A stretch of DNA of 64,000 bases from an uncultured Candidatus Saccharibacteria bacterium (GTDB lineage Bacteria; Patescibacteriota; Minisyncoccia; Phycocordibacterales; XYD1-FULL-46-19). The notes under the pieces are model-generated. The model was not told where the DNA came from. It saw only the letters and a program-made list of their open reading frames with translations, and ran no database searches. A program made the translations under genes and the position numbers. This document shows positions 40,212 to 50,251 of the stretch, piece by piece. The first letter of the stretch is position 1; each line of letters begins with the position of its first letter. The DNA is taken from NCBI GenBank assembly GCA_964639285.1, contig CAZXCI010000002.1:45660-109659 (forward strand), read 5' to 3'.

Positions 40212-40824
40212 AAAATTTTTATTAAGCCAAAAACTTAAGCTAGCTCCTGATCGAGGTTTTTCTATGTTGGAGCTTATTGTGGTGATGGCTATTTTCTTAA
40301 TCATCACCGCGGTGGTCATTGCGGACATTCCAAATTTTCGACAGAAGAGTTCGCTAGACTTAACAGCGAATGAGGTGGCCACATATATTCGTGGTGCTCA
40401 AGTTTATGGCGCCTCACAAAAAAGTGGTGGAACTGGGCAAGTTGTTTATGGTATTCATCTTAGCTCTAGCTCTGGCGAAAATGGTGCTTTTTATTTGTTT
40501 AAAGACTTTAAACCTTCTCCTGGCGAAAAACCAGAAGAAAGTTATGAGATTAACGGCTTTAAAATCTCAAGGATAAAAGTTTACCAAGAGGTTTCTGACT
40601 CTGATTTGACCATGATTGATCTTGTCTTTAAGTCTAATAACTATGCCAATACTCTTGGGACTCAATTGGAACCATCTCTCTATGCTAATTATAGCCCAGG
40701 TGCTTTGCCATCTGACTTTGTTTCGGTAGAAATAAAAATTTCTCCCAACAACGAGTCAGCCGAATCCCGTTGCGTTCGTGTTTATAGCAATGGTCAAATA
40801 ACGGTAGAGTCTTGTAACTCATGA
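40195..40824 (+). CDS. Minor pilin / pseudopilin
   Basis: Prepilin-type N-terminus DRG|FSMLELIVVMAIFLI. Confidence 0.6.
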   Translation: MFLSFKKFLLSQKLKLAPDRGFSMLELIVVMAIFLIITAVVIADIPNFRQKSSLDLTANEVATYIRGAQVYGASQKSGGTGQVVYGIHLSSSSGENGAFYLFKDFKPSPGEKPEESYEINGFKISRIKVYQEVSDSDLTMIDLVFKSNNYANTLGTQLEPSLYANYSPGALPSDFVSVEIKISPNNESAESRCVRVYSNGQITVESCNS

Positions 40825-40830
40825 TTTTTT

Positions 40831-41412
40831 ATGCGAAATAATTCAAAAATAAAAAATAAAAAAGGCTTTACTCTTATCGAGATGATGGTAGCGGTATCGA
40901 TTTTCGTCATTGTGGCCTTTATTGTCGTCTCTACTTTGTTGGCAATGTCCTATTCCTATAAGAAGGCCCAAAGATTGCGCATCTTGATGGATAACCTAGG
41001 CTTTTCTCTTCAAAGCATGTCGATAAATATAAGAGAAGGTATAGACTATGACCAGTCTGGGTGTTCTAGTGATCAAGATTGCGTTAAATTTACGCCAATT
41101 GATTCCTGGCTCAGCACACCCTCCGGGAACGCTGTTTGCTATTCGCTTGAAGGAACAAATGTGAGGAAGTGTGAAATAGCGGGGGGGGCGGGTTCTTGCC
41201 CTTGTTCTCCTGGAACTGGATCGCTTTTTGTTTCCCCGGAAATTAAAGTTAGTACCTTAAAATTTATTATTGATCCACTCCCAGACCTCAGTAACAGATT
41301 TATTCAGAAAAAGATAAAAATAATGATTGCCGGGGAGGCTGGGGCTGTTCCTAGAGAAAAGACTAATTTTTTCATCCAAAATACTGTTTCTCAGAGAAAT
41401 ATTGGTGGTTAA
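40831..41412 (+). CDS. Minor pilin / pseudopilin
   Basis: KKG|FTLIEMMVAVSIFVIV N-terminus. Confidence 0.65.
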   Translation: MRNNSKIKNKKGFTLIEMMVAVSIFVIVAFIVVSTLLAMSYSYKKAQRLRILMDNLGFSLQSMSINIREGIDYDQSGCSSDQDCVKFTPIDSWLSTPSGNAVCYSLEGTNVRKCEIAGGAGSCPCSPGTGSLFVSPEIKVSTLKFIIDPLPDLSNRFIQKKIKIMIAGEAGAVPREKTNFFIQNTVSQRNIGG

Positions 41413-41414
41413 TT

Positions 41415-41831
41415 ATGAAAAATAAGATAAGAAAATTGAGAGGCTTTACACTTATTGAGACTTTTGTTGCGATAACAATATTGATGATCATCGTTCTCGG
41501 TCCAATGTCTCTACTTTCTAGAGCTTTACAAGATGCTCGCTATATTGGCGACAAAATTACTGCAACATATCTTGCTCAGGAGGGGGTTGAGTTAATGATT
41601 AATGATCGTAATAAAGGGGTTCCTTTTGAAATATCTAACTGCCCACTTAAGTTTGATAACATTTATGGTTATCAGTGTTCAACCGGAAACCCCACAATTT
41701 TTTCTAGAAAGATTGAGGTTAAGGCTGATTCGCCTGATCCATTGCAAAGAGAGATAGTTTCTATTGTCACTGTTGCCCACCCTGGTTTTTCCCCGGTTAT
41801 TTCTAGTACTATTATTTTTATTAATCCTTAA
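41415..41831 (+). CDS. Minor pilin / pseudopilin
   Basis: LRG|FTLIETFVAITILMII N-terminus. Confidence 0.65.
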   Translation: MKNKIRKLRGFTLIETFVAITILMIIVLGPMSLLSRALQDARYIGDKITATYLAQEGVELMINDRNKGVPFEISNCPLKFDNIYGYQCSTGNPTIFSRKIEVKADSPDPLQREIVSIVTVAHPGFSPVISSTIIFINP

Positions 41832-41839
41832 TAATTATT

Positions 41840-42394
41840 ATGTTTAAACTCTCAAAAAACAAAGGTTTCGCTTTATTATATGCCATCTTACTATCTGGGG
41901 CGGTGTTAGTTGTCGGAGTCATTTTGATGAATATAATTACCAAACAACTTATTTTTTCTTCGCTTAGCCGCAACTCTGAAACTTCTTATTATTATGTCGC
42001 TAATTCTGGTCGCGAATGCTTAATGAAACATATCAATCTAGACTCCTTTGTTGATTTTGACCCCTTTGCTCCCACCGGGTCTCAATATTCTTCTATAGGT
42101 ACTGAGATTTCTTTTTCTTGCTTTGGCACAAATTTTTCTTTGGTTGAAACTTCTTTTGCTAGTGATATTTATGAATATAAAACGGCAACTCCTGTTAAGG
42201 TGAAAATCAATGGTAATGATTATTATCTTGGTCTTTCAGTTAAGATTAACCTCGGTAAGTTAAACGGTTCCCCTGTCCCTGTAGGTGATGCCATTGACAA
42301 GTTTAATTACTTAGCTGTTGCCGATGGTTATAACCAGGACCCCTCTCTTTCTGGTGAGCGTTTTACTAAGAGGTCAACCGTTTACGCCAAATAA
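41840..42394 (+). CDS. Minor pilin-like protein (PilX-like)
   Basis: KNKG|FALLYAILLSGAVLVV N-terminus. Confidence 0.5.
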   Translation: MFKLSKNKGFALLYAILLSGAVLVVGVILMNIITKQLIFSSLSRNSETSYYYVANSGRECLMKHINLDSFVDFDPFAPTGSQYSSIGTEISFSCFGTNFSLVETSFASDIYEYKTATPVKVKINGNDYYLGLSVKINLGKLNGSPVPVGDAIDKFNYLAVADGYNQDPSLSGERFTKRSTVYAK

Positions 42395-42433
42395 TTAAAA
42401 TTTCCTCTTTTTGTCTTTAGCCTCTATAATTAG

Positions 42434-44491
<2,058 letters not shown>

Positions 44492-44500
44492 AAGCTAGTA

Positions 44501-45256
44501 ATGACGGAACCGATAATTTACCCAATCAGAATTAACCGCTACTTAGAATTGCAGGGTGTGGCGACTCGGCGAGAAGCCGATGAACTTGTCGAGCAAGGAC
44601 TCGTCTTTGTTAATGGGCAGAAGGCTGTTCTGGGTTATAAAGTTAGGCAGAATGATAAAGTTGAGGTAAAAAAGGATGAGAAGGTGCCGGCAAAGAATTA
44701 TGTCTATTTTGCCTTCAACAAACCGCGCGGGGTGGTGACCCACTCACCCCAAGAAGGGGAGAAAGAAATTGCTGATTTGGTAAAAAAGCAATTGCCAAAG
44801 GATGTTGGCACTGTTTTCCCCCTTGGTCGCCTCGACAAGGAATCAGAGGGTCTGATTCTCTTAACCAACGACGGGCGTTTGACCGATCGTCTGCTCAATC
44901 CTAAGTATGAACATGAGAAGGAATATGAAGTAGAAGTGAAGGAAAAAGTTTCGCCGATGCACAAGAAAATTCTTGAGGGCGGGATCGTCTCTTACGTTTC
45001 TGATGGTCATGGTCGACCCAAAAATGAGAAACTAAAAGCAAAAGAAGTGGAGATCACTGGCCCCAACAATATGTCTATTGTTCTGATCGAAGGCAAGAAG
45101 CATCAAATTAGGCGAATGCTGGATGGAGCTCACTTGACAGTCTTGAGTTTGAAAAGGGTAAGAATAATGAATATCAAGCTTGGCGATTTGCCGGTCGGCA
45201 AATTGAACCCTCTCACTCCTGCCGAATTGAAAGAATTCCTAGCAATGTTATACTGA
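44501..45256 (+). CDS. RsuA/RluB-family pseudouridine synthase with S4 domain
   Basis: An N-terminal S4 domain (RINRYLELQGVATRREADELVEQGLVFVNG), then FNKPRGVVTH and GRLDKESEGLILLTNDG catalytic motifs. Confidence 0.85.
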   Translation: MTEPIIYPIRINRYLELQGVATRREADELVEQGLVFVNGQKAVLGYKVRQNDKVEVKKDEKVPAKNYVYFAFNKPRGVVTHSPQEGEKEIADLVKKQLPKDVGTVFPLGRLDKESEGLILLTNDGRLTDRLLNPKYEHEKEYEVEVKEKVSPMHKKILEGGIVSYVSDGHGRPKNEKLKAKEVEITGPNNMSIVLIEGKKHQIRRMLDGAHLTVLSLKRVRIMNIKLGDLPVGKLNPLTPAELKEFLAMLY

Positions 45257-45261
45257 CCTGT

Positions 45262-45570
45262 ATGTTAGAACGAAAAGATATTGATAATTTGGCAAATTTA
45301 GCCAGAATTGCTCTGTCGGAGGGGGAGAAGGATAAGCTCCAGCAGGATATGGAGTCTATTTTGGGTTATGTGTCGGAGTTGAAGAAAGCCCCCTCCTTCG
45401 CCGAGGCTTCGGAGGGCAAGCCTGAGAGGTATTATCTGCGCAATGTGATGCGCGAAGATGTGGAGCCATTCGAGAGTGGAGTAAATACGGAGATGATTTT
45501 ATCTCAAGCGCCTAAGCGCAAAGATGATTTCTTTGTGGTGAAGAAGATTCTCGGTGATTCTATTAGTTAA
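45262..45570 (+). CDS. gatC: Asp/Glu-tRNA amidotransferase subunit C
   Basis: 102 aa with a GatC-like N-terminus and position immediately upstream of gatA. Confidence 0.8.
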   Translation: MLERKDIDNLANLARIALSEGEKDKLQQDMESILGYVSELKKAPSFAEASEGKPERYYLRNVMREDVEPFESGVNTEMILSQAPKRKDDFFVVKKILGDSIS

Positions 45571-47043
45571 GTGGTTAAGAACAAGATGAAAATAGATTTA
45601 GAAAATTTAACTATTACTAAAGCTCACGAAGCTTTTATTGGTGGTAATTTTACAGCAACAGATCTCGCTGATGCTTATCTATCTGAGATCGAGAAGAAGA
45701 ATTCCGAACTCAATGCTTATCTTGAAGTTTTTTCTGACGTCCGAGAACAGGCCGAAGAAGCAGACAAGAAAATTAAAGAAGCGATTTCTGAGGGGAAAGA
45801 AAAAGATCTAGATGTCTTAGTTGGTATTCCGTTGGCGATTAAAGATAATATTTTGATTAAGGGGCGAATTGCTTCATCAGCTTCGAAGATGCTCGAGAAT
45901 TATGTGGCGACTTATGATGCGACAGTGATTGAGAAATTGAAGGGGCGTGGAGTAGTTTTTTTGGGGCGCACTAATATGGACGAATTCGCAATGGGTGGTT
46001 CAACCGAAAACTCAGCTTATGGGGTGACGAGGAATCCTCATGATCCCAATTGTGTTCCTGGCGGATCGTCAGGGGGTTCAGCTGCGGCTGTAGGTGGGAA
46101 TCTCTGTTTGGCGGCGCTTGGTTCGGATACTGGCGGTTCTATTCGCCAGCCGTCCGCTTTTTGTGGAGCGGTGGGGCTCAAGCCAACTTATGGGGCGGTT
46201 AGTCGTTATGGTGTTATGGCCATGGCTTCTTCTCTTGACCAGATCGGTCCGATTGCTAAGACAGTAGAAGATGCTGAGATTATCTACAATGCTATCCGCG
46301 GTTGGGATCGCTATGATTCGACAAGTTACGATTTGCCAAAAGTTGAGCCTGTGAAGAAGGTGAGGATTGGTGTTCCCGAATCATTCTTAAATCAGGGGGG
46401 GATTCATGATGTTGTCATCAAAAATTTTCGCGAAACTTTGAAGAAATTAGAAGGAGCTGGGTGTGAAATTAAGACCATCGAGATGCCCAACCTTCATTAC
46501 TCTCTTGCTTGTTATTACATTACGGTTTTCTCAGAAGTCTCAGCCAACATGGCCCGTTTTGATGGCGTGCGTTACGGCTCTCACTTAGAAGGCAAAGATT
46601 TGCTCGAGGATTATATGAAGACTAGGGGCGAGAAACTAGGGCGAGAAGTTCGTCGCCGAATTATGCTTGGTACCTATGTGCTCTCGGCTGGTTATTATGA
46701 TGCCTATTATAACAAGGCAACAGAGGTGCGAGAATTGATTCGTCGTGATTATGCTAAAGCCTTCGAGGAAGTAGACGTTGTCGCGACACCGACAGCTCCC
46801 TCACCAGCTTATCTGATTGGCAAGAATACCAACGATCCACTCCAAATGTATCTTGAAGATATTTTTACTGTGCCGATCAATATGGCTGGTGTCCCCGGGA
46901 TGAGCGTGCCTAGCGGTTTTACTCCGCCGGTGGCGGGGCAAGCAGAAAGCGGTTTACCGCTCGCTATTCAGATCGTGGCCCCGTGGCGTCGGGATGACAT
47001 TTTGTTCACACTTGGTAAAATAATAGAGTCATGTCAAATGTAG
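45571..47043 (+). CDS. gatA: Asp/Glu-tRNA amidotransferase subunit A (amidase)
   Basis: The amidase signature GGSSGGSAAAV is present with the Ser-cisSer-Lys triad context. Confidence 0.9.
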   Translation: MVKNKMKIDLENLTITKAHEAFIGGNFTATDLADAYLSEIEKKNSELNAYLEVFSDVREQAEEADKKIKEAISEGKEKDLDVLVGIPLAIKDNILIKGRIASSASKMLENYVATYDATVIEKLKGRGVVFLGRTNMDEFAMGGSTENSAYGVTRNPHDPNCVPGGSSGGSAAAVGGNLCLAALGSDTGGSIRQPSAFCGAVGLKPTYGAVSRYGVMAMASSLDQIGPIAKTVEDAEIIYNAIRGWDRYDSTSYDLPKVEPVKKVRIGVPESFLNQGGIHDVVIKNFRETLKKLEGAGCEIKTIEMPNLHYSLACYYITVFSEVSANMARFDGVRYGSHLEGKDLLEDYMKTRGEKLGREVRRRIMLGTYVLSAGYYDAYYNKATEVRELIRRDYAKAFEEVDVVATPTAPSPAYLIGKNTNDPLQMYLEDIFTVPINMAGVPGMSVPSGFTPPVAGQAESGLPLAIQIVAPWRRDDILFTLGKIIESCQM

Positions 47044-47624
47044 ATGGCACCCTTTATCCATATTTTGGCCAACTTTTATCTGAGGCCTTCGCTTTTTTGG
47101 GGATTGATCTTGCCTCTACTGGCGAAAAATTATTTCATTGGCTCGATATCGCTTGGTTTGTTTGTCTTTTCTTGTCAGTGATTTTTTTTGCTGGGATAAT
47201 TTATTTTGTCAGTAAGGTTAATGAAATAAGACGTTTTGAGCATGAACGAGTTTATGGCCGGCAAAATTTAATTGAGGAGATTAAGGAAGGGTTGGAGATA
47301 ATTCCTCCGAAGAAAAATCAAGATTGGGAGAAAGTTCTCAAACTTATTGGGTCAGATAATCCAAATGATTGGAAGTTGGCCATTATTGAAGCAGACAAAA
47401 TGCTTGAAGTCGTGATCGACACTTTTGCTGTTCCTGGGGAAAACATGGGAGAGAAGATGAAGAATATTGAGCGGAGTGATTTTATTCATTTAGACCAGGC
47501 TTGGCAGGCTCATAAAGTGCGAAATCAGATTGCTCATGAGCACAACTTTCATCTTAGCCAGAGAGACGCCCGAATGGTCATTGATAACTTTGAGAAAGTT
47601 TTTCAAGAATTTGGTTTTATTTAA
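47031..47624 (+). CDS. Membrane protein with C-terminal HEPN-like (Rx4H) motif, DUF4145-like
   Basis: Overlaps the gatA end. One TM helix, then a C-terminal KVRNQIAHE motif (R-x4-H). Confidence 0.35.
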   Translation: MSNVDGTLYPYFGQLLSEAFAFLGIDLASTGEKLFHWLDIAWFVCLFLSVIFFAGIIYFVSKVNEIRRFEHERVYGRQNLIEEIKEGLEIIPPKKNQDWEKVLKLIGSDNPNDWKLAIIEADKMLEVVIDTFAVPGENMGEKMKNIERSDFIHLDQAWQAHKVRNQIAHEHNFHLSQRDARMVIDNFEKVFQEFGFI

Positions 47625-47658
47625 GTTGATATTATTGTCATTTGTGATATACTGCTAA

Positions 47659-47729
47659 CGCGGAGGAGAGCGATGGTTGTTCGCAAGGCTCATAACCTTG
47701 AGGTTCGGGTCCGATTCCCGACTCCGCAA
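47659..47729 (+). tRNA. tRNA-Met (anticodon CAU), initiator-like
   Basis: Anticodon loop CTCATAA, a C1xA72 mismatch, an A11:U24 pair, T-loop TCCGATT and discriminator A. These are initiator features. Confidence 0.7.
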
Positions 47730-47793
47730 CCGCGTAAAAAGAAGAAGAGTGGGGTTGAAAAGCTCGCTCTTTTTCGTTAAGATATACCTGTTT

Positions 47794-47890
47794 GTCGGCG
47801 TAGCCCTGCCTGCCGGCAGGCAGGTCAGTTGGTTACCCGCCCGAACGTATCATTCGGTACGGGCAAGGAGCGCAGGTTCTATAAGCACTT
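47794..47890 (+). pseudogene. Degenerate 5' copy of tRNA-Met(CAU) carrying two palindromic insertions
   Basis: It starts with the same GTCGGCGTAGC as the intact tRNA at 47909. One insert is a 20-bp perfect palindrome CCTGCCTGCCGGCAGGCAGG. The D-loop TCAGTTGGTTA follows. A second hairpin insert CCCGCCCGAACG...CGGGC sits before the GAGCG.. continuation. There is no T-arm and no acceptor 3' half. Confidence 0.6.
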
Positions 47891-47908
47891 TGCAATGATG
47901 ATTTGTTT

Positions 47909-47985
47909 GTCGGCGTAGCTCAGTTGGTTAGAGCGTGGGACTCATAAGCCCAAGGTCGGTGGTTCGACCCCACCCGCCGACACCA
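47909..47985 (+). tRNA. tRNA-Met/Ile2-type (anticodon CAU), elongator-like
   Basis: GTCGGCGTAGCTCAGTTGGTTAGAGC..., anticodon loop CTCATAA, T-arm GGTGGTTCGACCCCACC, acceptor GTCGGCG/CGCCGAC and an encoded CCA. Confidence 0.8.
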
Positions 47986-47988
47986 CTC

Positions 47989-48017
47989 TTTGTAAAAAGG
48001 GTAGGAATGTGTAGAAT
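47989..48017 (+). promoter_or_regulatory. sigma70-like promoter (TTGTAA, 17 nt, TAGAAT)
   Basis: The -35 at 47989-47994 and the -10 at 48012-48017 position a TSS about 5 nt before the partial tRNA-Asp copy. Confidence 0.5.
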
Positions 48018-48027
48018 ATAACGGTTT

Positions 48028-48105
48028 GCGGTCGTAGCTCAACTGGTTACCCGCCCGAACGACTGAATTGTTCAGTCGGGCGGGGAGCATCCACCTGTCA
48101 CACTT
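48028..48105 (+). pseudogene. Degenerate 5' half of tRNA-Asp with a hairpin insertion in the D-loop
   Basis: GCGGTCGTAGCTCAACTGGTTA is identical to the intact tRNA-Asp at 48346. An inserted hairpin CCCGCCCGAACGACTGAATTGTTCAGTCGGGCGGG follows. The tRNA then continues as GAGCATCCaCCTGTCACaC through the GUC anticodon with two G-to-A changes, and the T-arm is missing. Confidence 0.6.
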
Positions 48106-48112
48106 GTTCTTT

Positions 48113-48355
48113 ATGTATACAGTATATGTATTAGCTGACGACTCTAACCATTTATATAAGGGGGTTACAAATGATTTAGAGAGAAGGCTAAAAGAGCATA
48201 AATATGGTAAAACAAAAACAACGGCAAAAATGACAAATTTGCATGTTGTTTATACGGAAGTATATAATAGTTTTACAGAGGCTCGATCTCGGGAGATTTA
48301 TTTTAAAACTGCGGCCGGGAGGAGGTTTCTAAAAAGTAAAATACTGCGGTCGTAG
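48113..48355 (+). CDS. Small stand-alone GIY-YIG nuclease (YhbQ/UPF0213-like)
   Basis: MYTVYVLADDSNHLYKGVTNDLERRLKEHKYGKT...LHVVYTEVYNSFTEARSREIYFK matches the GIY-YIG core (Y..Y...G.T.dl.rRl.eH....E). The 3' end overlaps the first 10 nt of tRNA-Asp. Confidence 0.65.
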   Translation: MYTVYVLADDSNHLYKGVTNDLERRLKEHKYGKTKTTAKMTNLHVVYTEVYNSFTEARSREIYFKTAAGRRFLKSKILRS

Positions 48356-48419
48356 CTCAACTGGTTAGAGCATCCGCCTGTCACGCGGAAGGTTGAGGGT
48401 TCAAGTCCCTTCGACCGCG
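48346..48419 (+). tRNA. tRNA-Asp (anticodon GUC)
   Basis: Acceptor GCGGTCG/CGACCGC, anticodon stem TCCGC/GCGGA, loop CTGTCAC, T-arm GAGGGTTCAAGTCCCTT and discriminator G. Confidence 0.85.
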
Positions 48420-48518
48420 CATTAAGGGACTAAGGGAGGTAAAAGCCCATCTCTGGTCAAGGTCAGATATCTATATCTAAATAGATGGAAGGTTAAAATT
48501 GACTAATAAAGCGCCGAA

Positions 48519-48556
48519 TTCCCGTTGGGAATTCGGCGCTTTTTTGCGCACAATGT
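48519..48556. terminator. Bidirectional rho-independent terminator
   Basis: The stem GCGCCGAATTCCC/GGGAATTCGGCGC (13 bp) has TTTTTT on the + side and TTTATT on the minus side. Confidence 0.8.
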
Positions 48557-48559
48557 GGC

Positions 48560-49879
48560 CTAGTTCAGGACCGGAAAAACTTTTGCGAGGAAAAGGCGGT
48601 TTTCCTCATCTTTCCCGAATTCCCCATTGAGGCTCTTCCTGCCTTCTTCTATCAATGATTCGATCTTGCCGTCAGGAAAAGTTTCAGGGAAGAACCAGCC
48701 ATTTCTACCGAGACGTTTATGAGCCAAGAGCAGGCGGCTAAAATCGTCCCAGCTCCATTTGAGGGGGTATCTTTCAACTCCCTCTAGCATCGCTTGCCCA
48801 ACGTCCTCTTTGCTTCTGATGGGGCGACCTTCTTCTGGAGCGAGAGTATCTTCAAGGGCCCCACCCTCTGCTCTTTGGATTGGTTCATCATTGGTAGAGG
48901 GACGGGCAATGATTTGTTTTCTCTCTAATAACTCCAGTGTCTCTTTCACTTTGTTGTGAATCATTGCGTCTGGTGCTGTCGAGAGATCGAACCCGACAAT
49001 CCTTGCTTCCTCTTTGATTTTCTGGGGTTTGTCCAGTTCTCTCCAGCTGATTCCCCAAAGATTATTTGAGAGGATTGCGAGGATCATTGTCTGCCAATCA
49101 TCCCCGTTGCCGTTGGGAGACTTTAATTTCCCAATCGAGGGATTAGCCGGCGGGTCATCTCTTTCGACACTTCGACTTCTGGGGGAGTGGGCTTTGCCGG
49201 TGACAATCAAAGCTCTCTTGTAAGCATCTTTGAGCTGCCTTTTTCTACTCGGCGCTGGGTTACCTGGCCCTGCTCTTGAGATCTCTCTTCCTGCCGAGAA
49301 CTCCTCGCTCTCTCCATCGTCTGGAGTTTCGCGCTTGTCGTCGTCTTTTTCAAGGAAATAAACCCTTGTGCTTCCTTTGTCGCTCTCTCGACGAGAAGAG
49401 ATCCTGTGACGGCCGGTTCTTCTAATCCCTTGCAGAGCCGCCATCGTCAGTTTGCGCTCGTCATTTCCTGGTGAGGCTAGATTCAATTCAATTAAATGTC
49501 GATGGATCTGGAGAATTGTACTCTCGCCGTTTTTTGCAAGGAAGTCGAGGATAGCGGCGCTTTTGCTTTCTCCACGTTTTCTTCTCTTTGAGACTTTTGT
49601 CTCTTTTCCCGTCGTCGGCATCGAGGATCGGTTTTCCAACGTAAGAGTAGTTGTGCCTGCCTCAGTCTGTAGTTGGGCCAATCCCGCTTCTAGCTGAGAC
49701 TTTTCTCTCTGTAACTCTGGGAGTTTCTCTTCCAGAAGGGTGACAGCAGATCTGATGTTTCCTATCTGGAGATTGAGGACTCTAATTTTTGTTCCAATCT
49801 CCTGCTCCCCTGTTAGGAGACTTCCAGACGTCATCATCTGAGCGATGTCATTTGGGCCGAAGTGTTTTCTCGTAAGCAT
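48560..49879 (-). CDS. Hypothetical protein, GC-rich, with coiled-coil N-terminus and basic/acidic low-complexity centre
   Basis: 439-aa ORF at about 52% GC, clearly above the local background. No recognised catalytic motif. Confidence 0.4.
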   Translation of the reverse strand: MLTRKHFGPNDIAQMMTSGSLLTGEQEIGTKIRVLNLQIGNIRSAVTLLEEKLPELQREKSQLEAGLAQLQTEAGTTTLTLENRSSMPTTGKETKVSKRRKRGESKSAAILDFLAKNGESTILQIHRHLIELNLASPGNDERKLTMAALQGIRRTGRHRISSRRESDKGSTRVYFLEKDDDKRETPDDGESEEFSAGREISRAGPGNPAPSRKRQLKDAYKRALIVTGKAHSPRSRSVERDDPPANPSIGKLKSPNGNGDDWQTMILAILSNNLWGISWRELDKPQKIKEEARIVGFDLSTAPDAMIHNKVKETLELLERKQIIARPSTNDEPIQRAEGGALEDTLAPEEGRPIRSKEDVGQAMLEGVERYPLKWSWDDFSRLLLAHKRLGRNGWFFPETFPDGKIESLIEEGRKSLNGEFGKDEENRLFLAKVFPVLN

Positions 49880-50044
49880 AACCTTGCTTCTCCTTTCTTT
49901 TTGTTTATTGCCTCCTATGCCACATAAGTTATCAATGCTTCCGAGCTCATATTATGAGGTAATCCTTCAAAAGTCAATCAAGGGGAGGCTAGATTTTCTT
50001 GGCTATTTAGTGTATAAATAAAGGTGTCTAATTTAAGGATTTAG

Positions 50045-50120
50045 GCCGTTGTAGCTCAGTTGGTAGAGCACGTCATTGGTAATGACGAGGTCGCCGGTTC
50101 AATCCCGGCCGACGGCTCCA
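50045..50120 (+). tRNA. tRNA-Thr (anticodon GGU)
   Basis: Acceptor GCCGTTG/CGACGGC, anticodon stem CGTCA/TGACG, loop TTGGTAA, T-loop TTCAATC and an encoded CCA. Confidence 0.85.
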
Positions 50121-50174
50121 GTTTTAGAGAAAGTGAAATTCCCGGCCGGCAGCTCAGGATAGAGTGATTAAAGC

Positions 50175-50247
50175 GCCACCTTAGCTCAGTTGGCAGAGCG
50201 ACGCACTCGTAACGCGTAGGTCCCCAGTTCGATCCTGGGAGGTGGCT
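50175..50247 (+). tRNA. tRNA-Thr (anticodon CGU)
   Basis: Acceptor GCCACCT/AGGTGGC, anticodon loop CTCGTAA and T-loop TTCGATC. Confidence 0.8.
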
Positions 50248-50251
50248 CAAA

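Noticed and set aside
47735-47790. Terminator or extra tRNA between the initiator-like tRNA-Met and the first pseudo-tRNA
   Set aside because: AAGAGTGGGGTTGAAAAGCTCGCTCTTTTT forms only a weak, irregular stem and has no tRNA cloverleaf, so it is not called.
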